From Felis catus (lineage: Eukaryota), in assembly GCF_018350175.1 (NCBI RefSeq), contig NC_058368.1, positions 13,580,001 to 13,644,000 on the forward strand: a DNA stretch of 64,000 nt. Reading direction: 5' to 3'. Each line of letters opens with the position of its first letter. Position 1 is the stretch's first letter. A program made the position numbers and the translations under genes. Under the pieces are notes generated by a model. That model did no database searches and had not been told where the DNA came from. It saw only the letters and a program-made list of their open reading frames with translations. This document shows, one piece after another, positions 1 to 13,022 of this stretch.

Positions 1-1189
1 ATGCTTGCTTACTTTAGTATATGTTGTCCCACCTGTCTGGTCAATCCTAACTCTTCCTTTAAGCTTTCAATGTCCCTTCCTCTAGAAAACCTTCCTGATA
101 TTTCTTCTTCCTCTGTGCTCTCACAGCAACTTATAAAACCTTCCCCATTAGTTTATCAGGTTTGGTTCATTTACATGACCATTTCTTTTAGTAGACCCCA
201 AAGGACATAAACTAGGTTCCTTTCATGTCTGTATTTGCAGAGCCTTGGGGGCTCCTATAACTGAATTAATAAGTTGACAAGAGAAATAGAGGTGGAACTG
301 GAGACCTCAGACCTTGAACAATATGTTCACTTGTAAGCTTATCTTCTAACCTGTTGGCCACAAACACTTTCTAAACAGAAAATTTCTCTAGATGTTTTGG
401 AACACAAAAAGCAAAGGCATATTTGGGCAGAATCAAATTCACTTCTTGCATACCCATTCAATGAACAGAATAGATGGTAAAAAAAATCAAAAGAATACTA
501 GTTTATACTTTTCTGAAGTAGAAATTACCTCATTAAGCATAGACCCATTAATCCTTACATTTTAAAGAATGAATCGTTTTCATCTTTTCATCAATTAAAA
601 AAGCACTATTTAGAACATTATATGCCCTTAAAAATTTTCGTTGGCATGACGAAACATATCCAAGAAATAAAATGACCTAATTCATACCTTACAAATACAT
701 CAGACAATAATATAAAATGATGCCATGACAAGTAATGTATAAAATCAGTATTATCATTTTCAATCCCATAATAATTCTTAATGGCCAGTAAAACTTCTGC
801 AAAGCTGCATTTTGCTATCTTTATTTGCTTGTTTTGTAAAATATGGGTCGAGGGGGGAGTCATATTAACAAAGCCCTGTATGCCTGTTTAAAACATGTTC
901 TCAAAAGCAGAAAAAAACATTTTACTCAAAGAAAGCAAATCTGGAAGAGAATTACATGCAAACGTGGAAGCTGAACTTTGAAGCCCCACATCTCACTTTT
1001 ATGATGGAGTCTCACAAGCGTCCCCACACTCAGGGAGGGGAGCATCACATTTCGTCATGCTCTTATGCCAGCACTCATATGGCTAGCATCTATGGGGCCA
1101 TCATTAGCCTCCTGCACCTGCTGCCATTCGATATCCGTCAGTCTGCTTTTCGCACCAGCAATGTTGCCTTCTCCACCGCTCACAGCGCA

Positions 1190-1892
1190 CCTTCTCCTCT
1201 GTCTTCGCCCACCAATCCACTCACTGCCGCCATCACCTGGTGCACAAACTTCTACAAGAACCAGCCTCCTGGGCTCCTCAACTGCTCCAATCTATTCTTT
1301 CTTCTGAAGCAAGCATGATCGCTTAAAACTACAAACCTGACCATATCCAGGCTTAAGGCCCTTTAATGACTTACCTAGGACGTTTAGATAAAAACCTGAG
1401 TCTTCAAAGATGTTGCAAGCTTCCTTTTGACTCTTCGTGTCTATCTATGGTGCCAAATCCTACTCCAAGCCCTTCTTACTCCTCATCTCCAGGAGCTCTG
1501 GTGGTCTCAGTTCCCTGGAGGAGCCAGGCCTGTTGCTGCCACAGAGCCTGTGCAGGTACTGCCTCCTCTGCCTGGAAATCTCACCCACACCTCTACACCG
1601 CGTCTAACTAACTGTTTTTCTTACCTCAGATCTCTGCCTGAACTTCTCGCCCTAACACCATGAGATGATGACCAGTCCCTCCAATACATGCTCTGCTCCC
1701 CTAATGCCTTATGCTTTGTCTTGTCAGCATTATCATATCTTTGTAATTTTCCATTGACCTGTGTGCTTATCTCCTGTCTTTCCCTCTAGCCTGTGAGACG
1801 GGGACTGTGGGTATCTTTGCTCTCCATTTTTCCCCAATATCCAACTGGGCTTGCCAGGTAGGTAGTGCCTAGTAAAAATGTGTTGAATGAAA
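1190..1892 (+). mobile_element. L2 LINE 3' fragment (ancient)
   Basis: Pyrimidine-rich L2-like body ending in the typical L2 tail ...aaatgtgttgaatgaa; boundaries approximate. Confidence 0.65.
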
Positions 1893-1977
1893 AACTGGAC
1901 TCATCCGTGTAAATATATCAAATCCAGTGGACAAAGGGCATGAGATACCCAAGTCAACATGTAGTCAAAAGCAGATT

Positions 1978-2575
1978 CAGTTGATTTTTGTTACTTGCAG
2001 TAGTCATATTCTATAAAGTTAGCCTAAACACTGAATTAGTGAATACTGAACTGTTGTTCCTAAGGGGAATACAAATTAGGTTCCCAGGAGCCTCCGGCCA
2101 TTTTCATCAACCAATCAATAAATAACCTTGCTTTACATGCATTTAAGACACTTTAATATACATAGTTGATTCCTTAATGTTGAACTCACAGAAAACGACA
2201 GTGAAACTCGTGCCTGAACAAAGCTTATTTAACACACGTCTTTTCTCCACAAGGCTCATCCCAACCTTCCCGTACTTGAAAACATTAGACAGTACTTCAC
2301 ATTTGGGGCCTATGAAACATCAAAATCAGCAGTGGTGAAAAACAGGGCACTGACTAGATGTGAAATGGATACTTGTCTACAGTACAGGAGCTAAAACAAG
2401 AGGGCAGGGTGTCACCTTGTTTGACCTTAGCAGGGAATGCACCTTTTCAGTGACTCAAATGTTTGCAAATGAGTGCAAACACACTGCAAATATTGATTTG
2501 GGGGTGACAAATAAATTTTAGTGAGCAGGCAAATTTGCAAGCAAATACAGGATCCGCAAAGAATGAGGACCACTG
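1978..2575 (-). mobile_element. MER82-like non-autonomous Tigger (TcMar) DNA transposon
   Basis: Termini cagttgatttttgttac... and ...gaatgaggaccactg followed by TA; internal sequence follows the recalled MER82 consensus in reverse over ~600 bp. Confidence 0.85.
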
Positions 2576-4356
2576 TATTTGTTAAAAGGCTTTTTGCCCA
2601 TGTGGAGCACGGTTATATGGGTGAGCACACATACGTTCTGGAGCATGGAGAACTGACAACAATGTGTCAGTGTATCCTATGCAGTTTATAGCCCTCTATA
2701 GGAGTACAACAAATATGAAATTGCTATATCCAATTAGAGAGGATTAAGCCAAGGCTCTTATTCAACCGATTTAACCACTTAATAAAGGTTCTAATGCATC
2801 CAGTTAGGGAAAAACACTATATTGAATTCTTACAAATATCTAAGATGTGGATGTATGCCAATAGATCATTAGTTATACCCATCTTCTTTGTAAGAACCTC
2901 AATGTTTTCTGATCACAAAATATCTTAAAAATAAATGAACATATGATTCCTGAACAGTTTCAAAATAACAGAACCAACTCCAAATTCATTTGGTAACTAA
3001 ATAATCATGTCAATAGATCATATGCAAATAAATCTTAAGCCTAAAGGACATTTTTAACACCCTGGTTACTCTAAGTAAATCCACGTGAGAATTTTCGTAT
3101 CTAGAGTGAAAATGGCGAGTTCTGGGCTTTTTGCCAATTTCATCTTGAGTGTGAAATTTCTGACTTGCAATCTGAAATTCTTGGAATCATATAAGCATTT
3201 TTTTTTGCAGTTGAGAATGGTTTTCCCATCCACAAAATCACCTATTTCCCTTTACTTAACATTTATGGAGGAACAAAATGTACATGCATGAAGAGAACCT
3301 TCTGAGAGTCAGGACCTCAGCCTATCTCCAGTCCCATGCCCCTCTCCTAATTGCTGGTTTCCCCTTTAGTGCATAAGCACACCGTGGTCTATGAAATGTC
3401 ACAGCACATAACAAGGCAGGAAGCCAGTGCCACCAAATCTACATCCCAGGATATTTGAGGTAAAGAGAGACATGGCTACCAGAGAGAGGAACAGAACCCT
3501 CTCCTTTGCTCTTCTTCCAGCTTGTCTCAAGATCCCTTCCTTTGGGGGTAATCATAGGGATCAGTCTTCCAGAATCTTCATGACCTCTCTCAAACTTTTT
3601 GCCTAAGCAACCTCCTAAGTTACTTTTATTTCCCCCTTCAGGGTATTTTTTACCTATGTATCTGAGGAACAGAGAAGAAACATGTAAGGGAAGGAGGGTT
3701 ATTTGCCATCATTTCTTTACCAGGGAATCATTCGCCCCCTCAGTAGGAAGAAAGGAAGGAGCACACATCTTCTCCCTCACCTTGATAAGTGTGGCCTCCA
3801 GCCCCTCAAAGGGTAGGAACTGGTACCCCATTCTCCTTTGGGGATCTGCCAGCATATTCATCCAGCATCTGAGAAAGAAAACCTTCACTGAATAAAGTTT
3901 GAAGGGATTGTGAGACGCAAAATAAAGTTATGCTTGTCTTAAATGCAATTGTTGTTTGTTCAGCTTACCTGTTCCACTCACACACACACAGAGACAACAG
4001 GAAGGATAAGGTAAAGTAGGAAACCAACTCATGGTTTGCCAGTCAGAAATTTAGGAAATGTTTTTAGAAGAGACTGTTCAGAAGTTCTCAAACTGGTTTC
4101 TCTATGCAGACATTTCTGAACGTAAGCCTTATATCTTTCATCCTAAGTGGCCCACAGGCAACTCTGAAGGAGCGTGTTCAAAGCGGAATACTGCCCCCCC
4201 CCACCTCAAACCAATCTCCCTCCAGGGCTCCAGACTCAGGTTCTTGCACTAACTTTCGTATTCAAACTTTTAGTAATAAATACATGGGAAATGGATAGAG
4301 TACTTAGTATTTTGCTGGGCACAAAATGTAATTATCCTTATTATGAGTTACTTAAG

Positions 4357-4403
4357 GGAAGGAAGGAAGGAAGGAAGGAAGGAAGGAAGGAAGGAAGGAA
4401 GGA
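4357..4403 (+). repeat. (GGAA)n microsatellite
   Basis: About 11 tandem GGAA units seen directly. Confidence 0.97.
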
Positions 4404-4669
4404 GAAAGAAAGAACGAACAAAAGGAGGGAGGGAGGAATTGAAGAAGAGGCAAGGTGCACACTTCACTCCTTCATACATACAGGTATGTGCCAGCCTATG
4501 CCCATGCTCACGGGCAAAGATCTTCAGGTTGACCACACATGAAGTCATGCAACTTAGTCATAACAGTCACTCTAAGAGCAGGTACTTCAGCACTGCAAAT
4601 GGAATCTGGTCTTCAACTTAGTAAGTAAACACCTGTGGCAGGCAGGTGGCAGGTGCATTATGGGATTGA

Positions 4670-4840
4670 GGAAAGGGTGTTGGCAGAATATGTTTGAGAT
4701 CCAGATGCATAACCTCCAACTTTGGGAATCTGAGTAAACTGTTCAATGTTTTTAAGCTTTAGTTTTCTTATCTGTCCAATGGAAATAACAGTCATAACTC
4801 TGGTTACCTCACCGGAAGGTACAAATGTAGATGTTGTGGA
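4670..4840 (+). mobile_element. MIR SINE fragment
   Basis: MIR core-like agttttcttatctgtccaatggaaataa. Confidence 0.6.
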
Positions 4841-4989
4841 TACTGATCTAGATGCCCATGAGAGGACCAACAACTCATTTCTCCAGCTCCCAGAACTGTT
4901 AACTGCCGACGTCCCTTCAGGGAAATGTTCTTAGCCTTTCCCAAGATCTGCCTCCTCAGGGCCTGCCTACTCCAACAGCTTATTGATCC

Positions 4990-5866
4990 AGCTTCAAAAT
5001 ATCTCCAGATTCCAACTCTCCACCTTCACCACTTCTAGCACAAGCAATGCCCTCATCATGTCTCATCTAGATTCTTGCAATAATTTTGTAATGTATATCC
5101 CTCATTCAACCCTATAGCCTGAACGATTTCTTTAAAACATGTCTTGTCATGTCCTCCATTATTTCCCTCTACCTTACATAAAAGCCAAAGTTCTTGTGCA
5201 TGGCAACCAAACCCTACCTGATGTTTCAGCACTGGCTTGCCCTTCTCAGGAAACCTAATCTCATCTCGAGACCAACAACTCCTTCTTGTGCACATAACTG
5301 CAGCCACGCCAACCTTCTTGCTTTTGCTCAAACCAGACCAAGCATCCTCCAGGCTTAAGATCTTTCTGCTTGTGATTCCCTCTGCCTAGAATATTCTTAC
5401 CCAACATGGCTCACTCCTTTCCTGCCCTCAAGTCTTTGTGCAAATGACTCTTAATCACAGAGGTCTTCTCTGACTACTCTTTTTTTTTTCTTTTATTTTA
5501 GAGAGAGAGAGAGAGTGTGTGTGTGTGTGAGTGGGAAAGAGGAGCAGAGGAAGAGAGCTCCATCCCACCACCCTGGGATCATGACCTGAGCCAAAAATCA
5601 AGAGTCAGGCTCTCAATGGACTGAGTCACCCAGGCACCCCTGACACCTCATCCCCTTTTCCTGCTCTAGTTTCCTCTCTATTACCATCAAAATACTATAT
5701 ATTTGCTTACAAATTTATTTGTCATCTGTCTTCTCTCACTAGAATATAAACTCCATGATTGTAAGAATTTTTTTTTTTGTTCACTGCTATATCCTGAGCA
5801 CCCAATATGGTGCCGAACACATAGTGAGTTCTCAAGCATATTTACTGATGAAATAAATTAATGAAT
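4990..5866 (+). mobile_element. L2 (L2a-like) 3' region, interrupted by a Can-SINE
   Basis: L2 3' hallmarks ctagaatataaactccatga...ttcactgctatatcc...aaataaattaatgaat. Confidence 0.75.
5480..5640 (-). mobile_element. Can-SINE (older felid type), internally deleted
   Basis: Poly-T, (GA)n/(GT)n tract, ...ctgagtcacccaggcacccc head on the minus strand; central part missing. Confidence 0.85.
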
Positions 5867-7689
5867 AAAAGGTGAGGGATTTCCCTAACAAACAGTAATT
5901 GACAATATTTTCTGAATAAATGTTCAACAGAATTTTGATCTATATGTTTGTGAATATATACCAACAAATTTGAACACAGTAGAAGAAGTTGAAAACAGTA
6001 AAGTGGTATCACACATTTAAAGACACATGAAAAAAATCTGTAGAGTTAGTTAATCAAGTGGCACCAATGAATTCTGTGAACTGACATTATCATCATCTCA
6101 CTCCTAATTCATCTCATTTCTGTGAGACAGGGCCAAGGAACAACACATTTAAATTATTGTGACATCTCTTCTTCTTTGTCAAAGAAACTGATGAGGAAAG
6201 ACTGAAATTCTACAGGGAGATGATACCATATGTTTTTGTTCTCTACAATTTCTGAAGTCACTGGAGTTTCTGAGCATCCAGACTATCATTATTTTTCATA
6301 ATTTACCCTAAGCCTGGGTTTCTTTTCTAAAAGACGATGAATGATGGAAACAAATCCTCTGTTTTCTGCAATTTCCCTGGACTCACTGTCCCTCCTCCAG
6401 GTTCAGCTTCTCAGGATTTAGATTAGACTTTTCACCTAGTTGACAAAAGGCTTGGCTGGATTCATTAACAGAGGCATCTCCAGCTTTTGCTATTAGCCAA
6501 CAATTTGTTGTGCTGTATTTGCCAATGATTGCTTTGCCCTACCAAATTGTTGGAGTTCACATAGTTGGCAGCGGTTTGAAGGCGATGAATCTCCCAGCAA
6601 CACCTGACAGGAAAACAAATACACACCAGAAACCCTGGTCTCAGTGCCACTCAGTCTCTCCTGCTTTGCCAAGTCTCTCTGTTTGCTAGCCAGTCCTTCT
6701 TTGAAAAGGGAGACACAGTATGAGACAAGAAAGAGTCATACTCACAACCTTCTAGGCATTGTAAGAAATGTGACTGGACCATCACAAGCCCTACTGGGGC
6801 TTTTGCAGAGACTCCTGGGATTAATCTCTTCTTGGCATGAGAGACAGGTCTGATTCAGAAACTGTGAATGGATTGTCCTCACAGGTCATCTCTCAGGCCC
6901 CGTGAGGCCTTCGTTGTTATATGTCACTAAAGAAAGAGATTCAGTGATTTGAATAACAAGAAACTTCAGGCCTGAGCCTTTGAGGGTGTAGGGCACTAAG
7001 AGAAAAGCAAAAAATTCCACTGCTAATACGGAAGAAGGCAAGGCAATGGAAAAGTATATTCAGTTGCCTCTAAAGGAGGTACAACACTGCAGTGTAGTAA
7101 TTTTGTAGTCTTAGGAAGCCTTTTAGAAACTTCTTATTGGAAGAGTAAAAGATATCTCTAAAAGACTGACAGCAGAAACAAAAGTTTTCATGTTGGGGTT
7201 CCTCTCTACAATTTCAGAGGGCTCACAAAGAATCTGATCTTTCTAAAGTTGGCAGATCTTCAATGGGAAAGCAGCCCTGTCTCTCCTCCAGCCCCTGGAC
7301 ATGCAGGTAGCTTCAGGGCTATTTATGTGTTGATTGACAAGGACACACACTGTCTAGATAAGTAGGGAAGCATCTCTTGCAATGATGCTTCAAAAGGAGC
7401 AGCTGTCTGAAAAGATGAATCAATGCCAGGATAGTTCAAGAGCCAATCCAAATACCAGTAACCAAAGTAAACATTAACAGATGAAGTGAATACTTGAAGG
7501 AGGAGACTTACTCTAGGAGTCCACAGTGCACTAAAGATAGACAATTTGATACCTACTTCTTCTTATTTATTTTTTATTAAGAAATCATCCAGCTAAGAAT
7601 TAGCACCTTTAAGGAAGTATCTTGGTTTCTGTTTTCAAAATTCGGAAGAAAAACAATCACTTAGCTTGCCCATTTTCTTAAATTCCTTA

Positions 7690-8145
7690 GCATGACATTC
7701 AGTGCTCCTAACGATTTTGTGCCACATGCTTCCACCATTCCATTTACCTCCATTCCCCTTATCCATACATGTTATCTAGTAAAATCTAAGTGTCTGTCAT
7801 TGCATAAACTTTTGTCTATTCCCTTCCCTCTGCCTGGAATTTGCTTTCCTGCAACCACACTGGATAAAACCCTAATTATTATTCAATCCCCGACTCAATT
7901 GACATCTTCTTTGGGGAAACCCTCCCAAATGTCTTTCTAAGCATAATTTATTCCTGAAAGTATGATCCTCTAGTATATTGTAATAGCCCTACTATATAGC
8001 ATTGGCCATACTATGTAAGTGCCTTTTGTTCACGGGCTTTTCTTTTCTACTCTGTAGACTATGATATTTTTTGGTGGAATTATCTGTATCTCACTCTTCT
8101 GATATTCCTGTCGTTCCCTCATTAAATGTTTGATGAAAAAAATGT
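7690..8145 (+). mobile_element. L2 3' fragment
   Basis: ttccctctgcctggaat...caattgacatcttctttggggaaacc...attaaatgtttgatgaa pattern. Confidence 0.55.
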
Positions 8146-8163
8146 ACGAAAGAAAAAAGCCAG

Positions 8164-8381
8164 GGGGCGCCTGGGTGGCGCAGTCGGTTAAGCGTCCGAC
8201 TTCAGCCAGGTCACGATCTCGCGGTCCGTGAGTTCGAGCCCCGCGTCGGGCTCTGGGCTGATGGCTCAGAGCCTGGAGCCTGTTTCCGATTCTGTGTCTC
8301 CCTCTCTCTCTGCCCCTCCCCCGTTCATGCTCTGTCTCTCTCTGTCCCAAAAATAAATAAATGTTGAAAAAAAAATTTAAA
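8164..8381 (+). mobile_element. Young Can-SINE (SINEC_Fc type)
   Basis: ggggcgcctgggtggcgcagtcgg head with A box and B box (gagttcgagccc), CT tract, A tail; perfect TSD AAAAAAGCCAG at 8153-8163 and 8382-8392; CpGs intact. Confidence 0.97.
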
Positions 8382-9077
8382 AAAAAAGCCAGAATTTTTC
8401 TCTTTGCTCTCTTTCTTTCTCACTCTTTTGTTTTACACAAGAGAAAACTCCAGTCCAGAGAGATTCAGAGTCCTGCCCTAGATAACATTATCAAAGCTAA
8501 AAATGGAGAATTAAATCAAAAGATCCTCAGTGGATCCATTAGCATGTCTAATGTTAGGGAAACGATAGTGTGTTTTTTACCCCCGACAAGAATCGGGTAT
8601 ATACTGGGAAGGACCACAGATGGTATAAAGAATAACAAAACCAATACTGTCCACTAAAATTCTGAAACTTTTGTCTAAATATCCAGTGAAAGCCCCCACA
8701 TACTTTGAAAAATATATCAATGCCTAGCAAAAAGGAGTATTCCTTCTGGATCTGACCTCTTCTTTCCCCCAAAGTGCCAACACACACTCGATTGACAGAC
8801 ACTACCAAATTCATGTGCTGATCAGGCTGTAATGGTAACGATACCATCAGAGAGGAGCGAAGGAGTCAACTTACAGGAGTGGGAACATCATCTGGGGCTG
8901 GAAGGTGGAGACAGAGATTTTGACTCTACTTTCCTCTATTTCTGCATTATAATCCTTCAAGTCCCTGCAAGTGATCAATCTTTAGCACAATCTTTAACAA
9001 GTGGGCTGAGAAAAAAGGAATATTCTGAGATTAATAATTTACATAAATCCAATGGGTATAAAATCTTGGGGGATTCT

Positions 9078-9287
9078 TTTTATCTTAAAGTTTATTTATT
9101 TATTTTGAGAGAGATACAGAGAGAGTGAGAGGGAAGGGGCAGAGAGAAAGGGAGAGAGAGAATCCTAAGCAGGCACATACTGCCATCATGGAGCCTGATG
9201 TGGGGCTCTATCTCATGAACTGCAAGATCATGACTGAACCCAGAATCAAGAGTCAGACACTTAACCAACTGAGTCACCCAGGCACCC
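9078..9287 (-). mobile_element. Can-SINE (older felid subfamily)
   Basis: Full head and tail on the minus strand; decayed TSD ttgggggattct / ttggaagactct. Confidence 0.92.
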
Positions 9288-9856
9288 TATTGGAAGACTC
9301 TAATAATACTATGTTTATGTCTCTCACTGAACTAGAAACAAAGACAAAGGCCAAGGTGATTTCTCATTGGGACAATCCCCCCAGCTTCCAAGGCCCTAGA
9401 CATTGTGGGGACTGGTGAGCAAAGAGTTTTACTTTAGACCAGTAAGCATCCCCATGTGAGTGGCTTTCTGGAAGCTACAGAAAGTGAGAAAGTGTAATTT
9501 CATCATTATCATTATCACATCAACATGCCCATTGATGTGTTTATAATGTATAGTAGCATTCCTAAAGCATTTGGCCATAATAGCTGGGTCAATTCACAGG
9601 GCAGTCAAGATTCTCCAAGAGTGCTATGGAACAGGATGCTAATGGCATGTAGCAGTGATAGAATGTCAAAATGATGATAGTTTAGGATACGTGAGATATC
9701 AGCAAGTTTGATGGCAAAAGGGAATGTGGAACTTTGCATCTGTAGGAAGACAGAACGGCTTAGTTTAGCTAAAATGGCATTTCATTCCATAATCATCATC
9801 ATCATCATTCTGTCCCCAAGTAATCATTATCAGGAGTCACAGGGTCAGGAGTACTT

Positions 9857-9859
<3 letters not shown>

Positions 9860-9905
<46 letters not shown>
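9860..9905 (+). repeat. (CA)n microsatellite
   Basis: About 22 CA units. Confidence 0.97.
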
Positions 9906-9906
<1 letters not shown>

Positions 9907-9982
9907 ACACACTGACTTAAATAATCTCAGACTCTGCTCTGCTCAGCTCCTATTGGATTTTGAGTAGGTGGAGTTAAAAGTA

Positions 9983-10327
9983 CAATCAACCCTTGAACAA
10001 CAGAAGTTTGGACTGCATGGGTCTACTTACATGTAGTTTTTTCCCCCCAATAAATACAGTACAGTACTGTAAATGTATTTGTCTTCCTTAAGGTTTTCTT
10101 AATAACTTTTTTCTCTAACTTATTTTAAGAATACAATATATAATACATACAACATACAAAATTTGTGTTGATTGACTATTTATGTTATTGATTAGTAAGG
10201 CTTCAAGTCAACAGTAGGCTATTAGTAGTTAAGTTTTAGGGGAATCAAAAATTATATTTGCTCAAAAATTATATACTGCTCAGGAGGTTTGGTGCTACTC
10301 ACCCATGCTTTGTTCCAGGGTCAACTA
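9983..10327. mobile_element. Tigger2-family non-autonomous DNA transposon
   Basis: TA then caatcaacccttgaacaa ... ttgttccagggtcaacta: degenerate CAGTTGACCCTTGAACAA TIRs. Confidence 0.85.
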
Positions 10328-10933
10328 CCCTAGAAATATATATATTGAGTTTGGGCCATGGAATTAGGGATCACAGCAAGAGTGATAAGGCTAATTTGTG
10401 TACATCAGAGTAAAGGGAATCTCTTTTTCATCATATATAAAGTCTTAACAGCATCAGCTCACTTTCCTCTGAGCTTACACGTTCTGGCTTCTGTTGTCTT
10501 TCCATTTGCATCCTTTACCCTAGTGTCTCAGCCATTTCTACGACTTCTATCTATTGACGATATCCTAATATCTGAGGTCTAGACTCCTAATTCGAACTGC
10601 CTACTGGTATCGGATAGTGGTGTTCTACAGACACCTCAAATCCAACACGTTCAAAAGCATAGGACTGCACAGAATCCAAGTTTGTTAGTTTTGTTCTTAG
10701 CAGTTAGATTATGTGATTATGTCCAATTACAACAAATTCAGGTCAGTTTTCTCAAACTTCTAGCACACACGAGCTAACTACTTCATTGGCATACGCAGAC
10801 TAATAATTTTTACATTTTTTAGGGATTCATCAAATTTTAGACAATTAAAACTAAAACATTTTAAATAGGTACTAACAAAATTTTTTATTTCAGGAAGAAG
10901 GATGATATTGTCTCACATTTGTAATAGTTTATT

Positions 10934-11158
10934 TAACATAATGTTAATGTTTATTTATTTCTGAGACAGAGAGAGAGAGACAGAGAGACAGAGTGAGAGC
11001 AGAGGTGAGGGGGAGAGAGGGAGATACAGAATCTGAAGCAGGCTCCAGGCTCTGAGCTGTCAGCACAGAACCCAACGTGAGGCTTGAACTCGTAAACTCC
11101 AAGATCATAACCTGAGCTGAAGTTGGACGCCCAACCGACTGAACCACCCAGGTGTCAC
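10934..11158 (-). mobile_element. Can-SINE
   Basis: Head ...gaaccacccaggtgtcac, GA tract, T-rich tail; decayed TSD tgtaatagtttatt / tgtaacaggttatt. Confidence 0.93.
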
Positions 11159-11561
11159 TGTAACAGGTTATTAAAAAGAATTGTTTTTGTCTGTTTTACC
11201 TGAGGCCACAAGACAATGATCAGTATTCTTTTATTCTGAAATGATGTGCTAAACTATTTCCAAATGTGTTTATTAAGGCTAGGAAGGAGATCTGAGATCG
11301 AAAAGAAAATTTCATTGGAAAATATTATTGAAGTGCTGTGACATTTCCTTCTTTACCCACAGAAGGAAATGGAGAGATATTCTACCTACCTCACTTCAAA
11401 GATCATCAGAAAAGAGATAACTCATGGAACTTGATATGCGACTTAGAGTTTGGGGGATAAAGTAAACTTGTATATGACTCACAACAGAAAAATATAAAGG
11501 AAAGAAGTCTAAGTGAAGTAGAGGGAAGATTGTAATTACACATTTAAATTCCCATTTATGA

Positions 11562-11789
11562 GGGACACCTGTGTGGCTCAGTTGGTTAAGCATCTGACTT
11601 CAGCTCAGGTCATGATCTCAGGGCTCCTGAGTTCAAGCCCCATGCTGGGCTCTGTACTGACAGCTCAGAGCCTGGAGCCTGCTTCGGATCCTGTGTCTCC
11701 CTCTCTCTCTGCTCCTCCTCCACTCACACTCTGTCTCTCTCTCTCAAAAATAAAATAAAAACATTAAAATAACTTTTGAAAGTAAAAAA
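11562..11789 (+). mobile_element. Can-SINE
   Basis: 17-bp TSD taaattcccatttatga (11545-11561) / taaattcacatttatga (11790-11806), 1 mismatch. Confidence 0.95.
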
Positions 11790-12738
11790 TAAATTCACAT
11801 TTATGATAGATCAAGTGTTTCCAGTAGATAATAATTTTATTTTAAAGAAAAAAATAGGTATGCAAGATAGTGAAATAACCAAAACAAAGGGGGAGGGGGC
11901 AGAAAAGGTTCAAATATGCAAGAAGAGCAAATGACTAAAAAGCAAGAGAAGTTAAAAAAAAACTGAAACACTTAAGGGGAACTGAAATTGGAGTTATCAG
12001 ACATGGGTTTTAGTTTATTGGTAATTCTTATTTAACAGGTGGCAACACAGTGAGTTTCACCAGATAACATAAGCTATAAGAAGAATACAATGAGAATTAA
12101 AGACATGAAAAATTAAAATAGCCTAAATGAAAACTTTGATAGATGAGTTAAATGATACATTAAACAGGGCACAAGGAAGATTTAGTGAACTGGAAAAGGA
12201 TCAATAGAAAATATATGCACTGAAACCACACAGAGAAATAAGGAATGGCAAGTAAGAGAAAAAGCTGAGAGAAACCTGCGACACTGTGAACCAAATCTTA
12301 CAAGTGATAGTGTCAGAAGGAGAGGAGAAATAACGGGTCAGAAACAATACGTGAAGAGAGACTGGCTGTGAATTTTGCAAAACTGACAAATGACATAAAA
12401 CAATGGAGACAAAGATTTTAGAGGCTCTACCAATGTCAAGAAGTATAAATACAAAGAGAACCACACCTAGAAAACTGCTGAAGACTCAAGTCTATGAGGC
12501 AAGCCTCATTACCTTCAAAGAGCAATAATAAGATTGATGGCTGACTTTTCGACTGTATGCATTGTCCAGAAGACAGTGAAATGACATTTTTTAAGTGCTT
12601 AAAGAAAAAAAAACCCAACCTGGAATCCTATAGCTAGAGGCAATAGACTTCATTAATGAAATTAAAACAAACAAACAAACAAACATAAAAATCAATTCCA
12701 AGTGGATTGCAAACCTAAATGGAAATTTAAAAAAAAAG

Positions 12739-12790
12739 AAAGGAAGGAATGAAGGAAGGAAGGAAGGAAGGAAGGAAGGAAGGAAGGAAT
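12739..12790 (+). repeat. (GGAA)n microsatellite inside the old L1
   Basis: Direct observation. Confidence 0.9.
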
Positions 12791-13022
12791 AGCAGGCATG
12801 CAGGCAAGCAGGAAGGAAATTAACTTCTAAAAATGAATTTAGGAGAATATCTTCAAGACAGTGAGGGTGGGCATATTTTCTTACACAGGACACAAAAATT
12901 ACTAACTATCAAGGAAAATACTGAAAAACTAGTTTCATAAAATTAGACTTCATAAAACTGGGAAATGTGTTCATCAAAATACCAGTAAGAGAGTGAAAAG
13001 ATGAGCCCCAGACAAGAAGACA

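Noticed and set aside
4174..4621. ORFs with GRKE repeats, and HT/CV repeats at 9708, 24276 and 30152
   Set aside because: Microsatellite translations
8030..8350. ORFs overlapping Can-SINEs (also 9125, 10944, 11558, 23866, 28849, 30152/30270, 61850, 63241)
   Set aside because: They are translations of SINE sequence (recurring LTAQSLEPASDSVSPSLS text), not genes
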